NCBI GenBank assembly: GCA_951406725.2
Contig: OX597831.1
Coordinates: 21,328,001-21,392,000 of the forward strand
Direction of reading: 5' to 3'
Source of the DNA: Octopus vulgaris
Lineage: Eukaryota
Length of the DNA stretch: 64,000 nt
The notes under the pieces were generated by a model. That model was given only the letters and a program-made list of their open reading frames with translations, was not told the DNA's origin and searched no databases. This document shows, piece by piece, positions 53,597-64,000 of this stretch. Numbering within the stretch: the first letter of the stretch is position 1; every line of letters starts with the position of its first letter. Both the position numbers and the translations under genes were made by a program.

Positions 53597-53892
53597 CTAT
53601 GTGTGTGTGTGTGTAAACCGTCCCACTAAAACCATTCACCAATGGGAACTCTTCATGCTCACTTCATCGGGGTGAACGAATAATGGCAGTGTCACAGCAC
53701 AAGACATAGAAAAGGACTTACGGTAATTAACATTTACCATTCATGAATAACATTACCATTACTACCAACCTTCAAAACCATGATAAATGATAGCCATCAA
53801 AATCATCGATGACATTTCGCACAGAAGTTATCTTCTTCGCCAAGACAAAGGCCTTCTGTGTTCTGAACGACAAAAGAATCCCAATATTTGTC

Positions 53893-54291
53893 AATCTTCG
53901 TTAAGCCACAGAAACCAAAAGCATATAAGGAAAGGCTAATATATTTGCTATGAATGAAGCAGCGAGGTAGCAGAGTCTTAATTATTCCAGGAAAAAACAC
54001 TTCGTGGCATTTCATCGATGTTTGAGTTCTGAGTTCATATTTAGCCGATGTCCACTTTGGCTCTCATCGTGTAGGGGTCGCTAAAGTATGTAAATCTTCG
54101 TTAAGCCACAGAAACCTACAGCATATAGGAAAGGCTAATATATTTGCTATGAATGAAGCAGCGAGGTAGCAGAGTCTTAATTATTCCAGGAAAAAACACT
54201 TCGTGGCATTTCATCAATGTTTAAGTTCTGAGTTCATATTTAGCCGATGTCCACTTTGGCTCTCATTCTTTGGGGGTCGCAAAAGTATGTA
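53893..54291 (+). repeat. Tandem duplication with a ~200-bp period, containing an old family A head
   Basis: AATCTTCGTTAAGCCACAGAAACC starts at both 53893 and 54093. Confidence 0.9.
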
Positions 54292-54394
54292 AAGTACCAG
54301 TTAAATACTGGTGTCAATGTAATCGAACAGCCCCTTACCTCAAAATTGCTAGCCTCGTACTAAAGATTGAAATCAATATATTTTGTCATGAGTA

Positions 54395-54612
54395 AGGCGG
54401 GGAGCTGGCAGAAGCGTTAGCACGCCGGACAAAATGCTTAGCGGCATTTTGTCCGTCTTCAGCTTTCTGAATTCATAGTTCGCTGAGGTCGACTTTGTCT
54501 TTCATCCTCTCGGAGTCGATAAAATAAGTGTCAGTTGAACACTAGGGTTGATGTAATCGATCTCCCCCCTGCCCTGAAAATGCTGGCCTTGTGATAAAAT
54601 CTAAAACCAATA
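54395..54612 (+). mobile_element. SINE family A copy (tail variant 2)
   Basis: Head, central domain and GCTGGCCTTGTG tail are present. Confidence 0.85.
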
Positions 54613-55739
54613 TGTTTGTCATGAATAGGCCACTATACATACAGAACATTTTATATCAAGTTTTGTCCAAATGATAGATAAACATGCCGGTACAATTCCC
54701 CACTAGAGTACTTGTACTGTCTTGTGTTACCATAACTAGAGCTTTGCCTGCAATATGATGGGTAACTTAGGCCGTGTGCTCTCGCCATCTTGGGAAATAA
54801 TAGGAAACATACAATAATTACAAGTTAACGTTTATCAAATTTGTTGGTGCTTATACAAAAATGACGAAGTTCTAATTTTCGAATGAAATACGCGTATACT
54901 TATTTAATACCATAGGAATAATTGAATTTAAACAATTTTGCTCATTTGTGTAACTCGTTCCATAATTTCTGTTATTTAACCTTCACCTCCTACTTTTCGT
55001 TCTGTGTCTCAGTTATTCTTTTCCTCTCACTGAATATGTATATGTGTTTGCAAGTTTATGCGTGTGTGTGAGTGCGCGTTTAGCATTCCTTTTGCCATTG
55101 CTTGAAATCAAGCTTATTATGTCCACTACTAATATGGTACCTCCTATTTCATTTCTTTCTGCATCTCTCTTACTCTCCATCTTTACTCACTATGCGATGT
55201 AAAGTGTGACTGGGGAAAACATCCAACAAACCAACCGTCTAAAGAAGCAAGGAAACAAGCCAGCAACTAACCAACCAACCAACCAACAAACAAACAAATT
55301 ACCAGCCAGCCTGCCCGCAGGCCAGCCAAACAACATTTATATTTTCTATGCTTATATTGAAATTACTACGGAATAAACATTGCAACCTAAGGAAACAGAT
55401 GTTTGAGAACACTCATCTGGATATTATTTTTTCAGTCGGAAGATATGGAGAGTAAGGTGGCACGTAGTCCACACTCCTGCTTACCATTTTCATGTATATC
55501 ATTAGCTGCTTAAACCTTCCCATATTTTAGTTAATACACGTGGTCTCTGATTAGCCTCTCAGACCAACTATAACATGCTCAAATAATCAAATCAGCAATC
55601 ATATTTCCATCCAAGACATCCATTTCTCACTCCTTATCTATAGTCTATAACTGTAACGGCAGTAATATGCTGGTTGCATTGTCTTCACCAGTCATATCTT
55701 TTGCCTTGTTATGGTCTCTTAGACTTACCTATTTACCTA

Positions 55740-55985
55740 TTTTATCTGACCGACTTTGCCGAACTGCTAAGTTATGGGGATGTATACGCACGCGGAAACA
55801 AAGACGCAAAGACACACACACACATATACGACGGATCTCTTTCACTTTCCGTTTACGGAATCCACTCACAAGGCTTTGGTCCGCCCGAGTCTGAAGCAGA
55901 AGACACATGCCCAAAGTGCCAAGCAGTGGAACCGAATCCGGAACCTTGTGGTTGGGAAGCAAGCTTCTTACCACACAGCCACATG
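55740..55985 (-). mobile_element. Degenerate SINE family B copy
   Basis: TCCACTCACAAGGCTTTGGTC...CTTACCACACAGCCAC. Confidence 0.75.
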
Positions 55986-56571
55986 TTGGTGGGTGGAGAC
56001 GTCCTTGTTAGGTAGAAAGAGACGAAGTTTTTCTACAGAACATGTGGATTCGCATCTGAGGTGCAGCCTTTGAATATCATTTTATCCCCCAAACTTTTTC
56101 CAACGCAGATACCATATAAGTACATGGGATTCACTATATTAGTAGCTGATGTTGTTCCAGAATTCAATATTCCTCTCCAATATAAGTATTTCACGTTCTT
56201 TTAAAAGTTTGTACAGTTCTTATGAAGCCAGGAATTTATGTATATGTGTGTGTGTGTATGTGTGTGTGTGTGTGCATGCGTTCTAATGCTTCCATTCTCA
56301 AATCTATCAATCCACCCATCCATCCATCCATCCATCCATCCATCCATCCATCCATCCATCTAAACACTCATACATATACATGCATCCATATATACATTTA
56401 TATGTGTGTCTACGTATATGCGTGCGAGCGTGTGTGTGTGTGTATGTCTGTGCACCGGAAGTAACAGTCACATGAAGCAAATTTTCTGCAAAGGAATTAC
56501 AAAAAAGTAAGAGAATATTATAAATAATGATGGTAATGATGAGAAAGATGACGACGAACGACGATGATGAC

Positions 56572-56573
<2 letters not shown>

Positions 56574-56636
<63 letters not shown>

Positions 56637-56704
56637 TAATGATAATAATAATAATAATAATAAAAGTAATGATAATAATGATAATGATAATAATAATAAT
56701 AATG

Positions 56705-56801
<97 letters not shown>

Positions 56802-56810
56802 TAATAATAA
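56574..56810. repeat. (AAT)n microsatellite
   Basis: Direct reading of the sequence. Confidence 0.95.
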
Positions 56811-57039
56811 AGCAAAAACAACAATACTAAACATATTCCTATCATAACTAACATCTGCAATATACTTGCTCAGTATTTTTAGCTTTGCATTTCAATTTTC
56901 AAATTTTCACTTGATTTTGTTTTTTTCTTTTAGCAAACGAATGGTTATTTACAATTTAATAAGTGCTCGTAAGCACATACATACACACATACATTATATT
57001 GTATCTCCGCATCTCTGAGCTGAAACTACTGTAAAAAAA

Positions 57040-57099
<60 letters not shown>

Positions 57100-59373
57100 C
57101 ATATATGCATAAACGACTTTTATGATTTTTTTATGCACTTTTCTTCCTAAAACTAGATTTACGAAAACTCATTTAAAAAATTTTATTACAATTTTTCATA
57201 ATTTTGTGATTTAGGTTTTGAAAGTAGTAATTTTGGAGAGAGCTTGCTTGTATTTTTGGTAAATATTTGCAGGAATCGGTAAACAAATATTTATTGTCAT
57301 TTTTTTTTTTCCCGTTTTAGTCGGCATTCTTTTTCGCTTTAATTATTTCTTAGTTAATCCTGAATATTTTAGTCTATTTTTTTCTTTTCTCTTGCTTTGA
57401 TTCCTGCCCCCCTCCACTTAATGAAGCTACATGGTAATGCTGATCTGTTATGTGTATATGCATGTATGTATGAATGTATGCACGCATGCATGTATGTATG
57501 AAAGTGTATGTATGCATATATGCATACGTGCACAAATATACATATAGGTATGGGTACATATATATATATATATATTTATATATATGCACACAAATATATG
57601 TATATATATATATTTGTATGTATGTAAATATGTATCTATGTCTATATGTACATACATTCAAACTACACAGATAAATATATAACTATTCTCAAATGATCCA
57701 AAACGTACACACATCCCCTCTATACACACACACATATATAAGTATGCATACATGCATCTATACATACACACATAAAACACACATAGATATATAAATCATA
57801 GGTAAGAGAAAAAGAAACAAAGTTAGGTAGACTGATAAATAGAGGAAGACACGGAAAAAAAGCACAGAGATAGATTGAGCGAAATTCACGCTCATTCAAA
57901 AACACACGTGCACACGCATTAAATATACATATATACATGTTCCTAGACTTATACATATTGCAACGTTTGTAAAACCTACATCTAACATATATACAAGCAA
58001 AAAACTGGTCCTTCTATTTATGTATCGGTGTGTATTTGCGTATGTAGCAAAATCTGTTTACATTCATATATGTGTTTACGAGTGTGTGTATCTGCATCTA
58101 TATATACACGTTTACATCACTCTGTATATTTATGTATGTGTGTATATCCGCGTATTTATATTTATAAAAAGTGTATACTCTACTTATTGCTACATAGACG
58201 AAACTTTTCCCGTGCAGTTTGAAATTATGCATAGGTACAATAATTTTTTTCTCATATAACTTGAGACTTTGTAAGAGGACCGTAGTTGGAGGCGTTGTTA
58301 CTGATGGTGTTGGAGGTGCATGTGGCGTTCGTATTGCTGGAGGTGGTGTTGGAGACGTCCAAGTTAAGCCCTGATCGGAGCAGTAGAAAAAAGTTTGCAA
58401 TATATGGATATCCGTTAAGGGCAACCCGGGGCCACGTAGTGTTACCATAAAGGTATACATGCGTATATACATACGCTCTCAAGAGTCTTTATAGAAAACA
58501 CCTAATAAGTAAATAATTAAGTACATGAATGAATATTAAACTGATTCTATGTAATCTCCCCTTTTTAATGTTTATAATTGATATATAAGCACCTTTTACC
58601 TATTTTGGTTATGATATCAATTTAAATGCTAAAGTTTTATTTTTATACAACATAACAATATTGTTTATTAACAATCACCCATTGTACCCCAAATTAGAAT
58701 TTCCTCCGAATTAACATCTTAAGTTTCTTAGCGTCTTGCCCCTTTAACTGGTAATTAACATCGTGATTTAAAGCCTACCCCTACCCTGCCTATTTTAACA
58801 GACAAATACTTATATCCAACTGACTACTCATAATGTCTTATTTCCTCCCTGAGGAAAAGGGACATATATGAGCTTTCAACTCACTCTTGTCCTTTATTCA
58901 AAATAGACACAGCTTTCTAGTCTTAGATTTAGTAGTTAATAAAGCGATGAATTTGAAATGAATTACAATTCCCTACAACACTATGACCACACTAGGGTAG
59001 TCTATTTTTACCTGCAATAGCGACAATATGAATTTATTCCATCTACTTGCTTTGTTAAAACATTTGAGAAAAATTATATTAATGTGTCCTACTTGTTAAA
59101 ATTCTATTTATTTATTTGTGCAACTGGAGATGTCATTGCATTTAAATTGATGTAATGGTTGCATTGTTCAATGAAAAGGAGCCGCTTGAAATGGTCAGAG
59201 TTCATCACTACTTGATGTCCTTTGCTTCTTTTGATTTTATTTACCTTACTACGAACTGTGCGGATAATAGCGGACTGACTTGGTGCTTCAACTTAGGTAC
59301 TTAATTTAACTGAATCTCATAATATAATATAATATAATATCATATAATATAATATATATATATATATGTAGAT

Positions 59374-59488
<115 letters not shown>

Positions 59489-59604
59489 ATTTAAAATTTA
59501 AAATAAGGGTGAGAAGTTAGATATTAATTTAATCAACATCGATTTCACACCAATGGTCTAGCATAAAAAAACCGAAGGTTCAGTAAAACTGTATTATATA
59601 TATA

Positions 59605-60064
59605 TTAGAAACAAACCACTATGTGGACACCCATGTCCTCGTTAATTTAAAATTAAATTAATAAGTTCTCTAACCGGCAAAAGCCGCTGTAGTAAAGTAT
59701 TATCTGCAGCATCAGTTTTTCCGGAAATTTAGCGCGCCAAAACGAGGACATTTGAAATAGTAGCCACTTGTGTAATGGGTAGGACTGTTTTACAAGTCTG
59801 ACTTAGTGTGGACATCCTAGTATGCAGTCCTGCAAATTATATTCACCTTGGACGGTCGTACCGATGATCCACGGACAATTAAGTAAGTTACGTAAGTAGG
59901 ATTGCGTAATTTGTTGATAGTGAAACATGTATACGAATAATCCATATTTTTATTGCTTTTTCTTTTGTCTTGCTTGATTACGTTTTGGTTGTTTTGCTAA
60001 ATGTTTCTTGAGAACATTTCTTGGTGATGAGACCGTAGCGTGGGTGTCCACATAGTGGTTTCCC

Positions 60065-60069
<5 letters not shown>
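59605..60069 (+). mobile_element. 465-bp element with ~31-bp terminal inverted repeats, inserted in (TA)n and carrying a hammerhead motif
   Basis: TTAGAAACAAACCACTATGTGGACACCCATG ... CGTGGGTGTCCACATAGTGGTTTCCCTCTAA, with TA tracts on both sides. Confidence 0.8.
59856..59936 (+). ncRNA. Type I hammerhead motif, CCGAUGA variant
   Basis: TCGTA-CCGATGA-...AGTTACGTAA GTAGGA TTGCGTAATT...-GAAA-CATG-TA-TACGA. Stem I is a perfect 5 bp, stem III is the palindrome ACATGT, and the site is GUA. The base of stem II is imperfect. Confidence 0.6.
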
Positions 60070-60120
<51 letters not shown>

Positions 60121-60269
60121 ACATAATTATATACTTCGTATATATATATATGCATATATACATGTCTTTGTGTGTGTATGTGTGTGTATGTATATATTTT
60201 ATATATCTATATATATTTGGTGTATACGTACGTGGATATGCGAGGAGTTACACAAACGAAACACGAATT

Positions 60270-60860
60270 TTACAATATCATTCTGTTCACATTGTTTTAC
60301 GTGTTTAATCATTTATCTAATTCAAAGTATTCTCCATTTGAAGAAATACATTCATCCACGTGCATTTTCCACTATTCGAAGCAAAGCTGGAACTCTTCGC
60401 GAATTGATACCGTTTAATGCCTCCATCGGTTTGTTCTTCACCTCTCCCACATCTGTGACTTCTCTACCTCCGGCTTCGTCAGCAGTGATGACCTTCGCAA
60501 AGAGGTCCGGATCAACTTCCGTTTGTTCTTTCAGTTCACGACATGCACTCCTTACTCAAAATTCATGGGTAGAAACACCAGGACACATCAGTCATATCAA
60601 CAAGTTCGTTAAATGTTCGGTGACGGTCTTCCAAATCCGTTCATGAATTGTCATGATGTTTTTATTATTTCGGGAGGTCGACGGTCGTCTTGAACGAGGT
60701 TTGTCTTCGAGTGAAAAGTTAGAATGCGTGGAAACCACTTGTAAACTTGTGTTTTGCACATGGTAGAATTGCTTGTAAGCTGTTTGAACCATGACAACTG
60801 TTTCGCTCGCTGTTTCCTTCGTTTCATTCATGGTAAAAATCGCCGAAAACGGGAGAGGAA
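60270..60860 (-). mobile_element. Highly decayed mariner transposase remnant
   Basis: Minus strand gives KETASETVVMVQTAY and FSLEDKPRSRRPSTS...IHERIW (HTH region and GRP-like linker). Confidence 0.65.
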
Positions 60861-61763
60861 CTGCAAAACAAAGATGCACCACATGACGGTACGACCTCGT
60901 ATGACGACGGCCGTTTGCAGCCTGATGCGGTAGGGTAACATCAAGTGGCTTTTAGCGGCGGAAGCCTGAAGTACAAATGATTTGTCCCACAGAGAACGTT
61001 TCTGGTTACTTTTGGGTATCTCTCGCATATATGTGTACACATACACACACGCATAGAGAAACACACACACACGCATAGAGAAACACACACACACACGCAT
61101 ACATAAGCGAGCATATATATATATATATAAAAATTAATAAATAAAATAAAACATATGCATATATACATACATATATGTACGTACCTACAGCTACATGTAT
61201 ATATACATGCATATATAGGTACAGGACACCAACAAAAAAAAAACCTCGAACACAATGAGAAACGAAAACATAAACACAAAACCAAGGAAAAAAACGAAAA
61301 AAATAGAGTACAGGACATACAATGCAAGGAAAATTCCCCTTCTTCAGTCGCCTTTGTTTCATCTACTCCGCGTTTCCACCTACCTAAATATCTATGTAAT
61401 ATAGCTCGTGTATGTGTGGGGGAATGTGAGTATGTGTATGTGTGTGTGTCTCAAAGAACTTGTATATATATTATAGAAGTTCACATATAATCATAAACAA
61501 ACATACGTATAAGCTTACATGCACACATATATGCACATGACTAATACGCAGTTAATATATTGTTGTGTATACTTTATATACTGTATAACTATAGTGTATA
61601 TTATGTACGTATGTTTATGTATACATACATTCATATATACATAGATACACGTGCATATATGTTTATATATATATGTATGTGATTGCCTTCTCCCATTTAT
61701 ATATATTTGCAGACATTATATGCACAATTTTATTGACGTCGCCTAGGCAGTGAGGAAGAGAGT

Positions 61764-61822
<59 letters not shown>

Positions 61823-62240
61823 ACACACATACTGTAACATAATTCAGTTTACATACACCCACACGCACACAGACACACCCACTCCCACATACATTATATA
61901 AATGAAAACAGAAAGAACCTACCCACGCACAGAAATGTATACGAATATAATGGTGTATATTTAATATTATATACGCAATTATCGTTCTTTACTACCAATT
62001 TGTGGCCCTTTACCAACTCAAGCAAAAAAAAATCACTTTTTTTTTTATTACCAATTAAAATATGATACGTTCTTTCATTTCACTCATTTTAATTGCAGTT
62101 TCATGCTTTCGTTCTTTGAAACTAGTTAGTACTCTCGGCGACGATTGGTTGAGTGTTAGTTATGGTTATCGCTGATTGGTTGGTGTTAGTAAGTTTAGTA
62201 GATGTTAGGTTATTGCATTAGTCGATTCGTCGTCAGAGTT

Positions 62241-62287
62241 ACTATAACAAAATTCTGTTCGACACAATTGGTGTGTGTGTGTGTGTG

Positions 62288-62333
<46 letters not shown>

Positions 62334-62361
62334 ATTTTGTCGAACAGAATTTTGTTATAGT
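62241..62361. repeat. Inverted repeat (30-bp arms) around (TG)n(TA)n(CA)n
   Basis: ACTATAACAAAATTCTGTTCGACA ... TGTCGAACAGAATTTTGTTATAGT. Confidence 0.9.
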
Positions 62362-62368
62362 ATCTCTT

Positions 62369-62417
<49 letters not shown>

Positions 62418-62867
62418 CTGTGTGTGTGTGTATGTATAGATATATACATTTATGTATGCTACATGTATATGTAAGTAAAAATATTCACGCACAGGCACAC
62501 ACGAGAGCACACCTATTTATTATATTATTCTATAAAATATAAATATTGTTCAGTTATGTGCTACTAAACGGGTCTTGATCTTATTAACAATATATTCTAA
62601 ACAAAATCAAAATAGATTCCTTCTTATCTCGAATTAAGTTATATGACGTAATATCCTGTAAATTCCAGACAGGCCATTTCAAATTGAGGAGTTGTTCTTT
62701 GACGTAAGGAGGGAGCCATTAAATAAATCTGAAATATTTTTTTACCCATTCAGCACTTTTCTACTATAATTTTACTGGTTTCTCCTTATTGATTTTTCAG
62801 CCACGCTGGAACAAAACGTTCGTTGTATTTAGTCTCTAATACTTGCTCTAGTAATGTATGAGTTACT

Positions 62868-62990
62868 TGCGGCGAGCTGAGAGAAACATTAGCTCACCGA
62901 ACAAAATTGTTTGTGCCATTTTCGCTCTCATTACCTTTTAAAGGCAAGGAGGTGGCAGAATCGTTAGCACATCGGGCGAAATGCTTACAA
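62868..62990 (+). mobile_element. Two SINE family A head fragments
   Basis: GCGGCGAGCTGAGAGAAACATTAGC and GGTGGCAGAATCGTTAGCACATCGGGCGAAATGCTTA. Confidence 0.6.
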
Positions 62991-63857
62991 AGCCCAAAAT
63001 ACCCTTCCTGACTACACGGTCTGGTATGTGCACACCAGGCACTTTCTTCTTTTAGCGGTCATGCAGAACAGTGCCAAAATTAAAGTGTATTAGACTTAGG
63101 TACAAGGGGTGAATTTATATAACAAAAGTTACATACATTTTCGATTGTACATCCCTTGTTATACACATACACACAGACACACAGACACACAGACACACAG
63201 ATAGATATGCACGTACACAGACACGTACGATGAACGCATTTTAATGGAAGAAGTATAAAGAAAAATTTCCAGCAACCTACATCCACAAAAAATTGCCCGC
63301 TCAATTCGAGGCTCTGGCAGCACAGGATACCGGGCAATGGAAACGAACAAGACGCTGCGCGATTTCCGAACGAACGTAAACAAGCGTTCGGTGTCCTTCG
63401 AAATATACTGTAAGAGGTTTCAAGTCTTTATTTCAAACATTGTATTAACTCCGTTTTTATATTGGTAGCATAAAAAAAGAGGGGACTAATGTCTAGGAAG
63501 TGGTATCCTACCTTTTACATTTGTATTATTTAGTAGGAGATAGAACTTTTCTTCATCTGAAATTTCCATGTATGAAAATCAACACCGTAGCTGAAGATAA
63601 TTTATATCTTGTACGGAAACGTGTTGAGCACTAAGAGGAAAGGTAAAGGAAACTTGTGTTTTCATAAGAAATATATGCTTCCATATAAACATAAGTACAC
63701 ACATACGTGTGCGTGTGTATGTATGTATGTATGTATGCATGTATATATATATGTATGTATATAAGTATTGTTATATATATATATATATAAATACATATAT
63801 ACATACATACTTATATATATATACGTACAACACATACACACACATATATATACATAC

Positions 63858-63897
<40 letters not shown>

Positions 63898-64000
63898 GCA
63901 TCATATATACATATATATGTAGATGCGTATAATATATATTATATATGTGCATATACACATGCACATATACATATATACGTACACATATATACATATACAT

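Overview
AT-rich, microsatellite-saturated eukaryotic DNA with no intact protein-coding gene that I can recognise. The repeat content looks like an octopus (coleoid cephalopod) intron or intergenic region; this is an inference from the SINE families and the microsatellite load. Almost all listed ORFs are translations of (TA)n, (TG)n, (TATG)n, (ATCT)n, (AAT)n, (CAC)n or (CAT)n arrays, or of SINE bodies. The recognisable content is: many copies of at least four tRNA-headed SINE families; a decayed DD37E Tc1-type transposon with long TIRs; four mariner remnants; a hAT remnant; two restriction-like-endonuclease (R2/R4/Dong-type) LINE 3' fragments; an RTE 3' end; and three Penelope-like (PLE) coding remnants. 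The main unexplained signal is a dense set of type I hammerhead-ribozyme (HHR) motifs: about 8 complete or variant motifs plus several half-motifs. They belong to several unrelated short repeat families, and most have a self-complementary (dimer-type) stem III that differs between families. The most striking case is a ~550-bp head-to-head palindrome (47390-47940) of a unit built as tRNA-like Pol III head + (AAT)n + hammerhead tail, a candidate PLE-mobilised ribozyme SINE. Other oddities are mirror-image duplications across (TA)n tracts and SINE dimers that rejoin at the same internal position. Coordinates were read by eye and the boundaries of degenerate elements are approximate.
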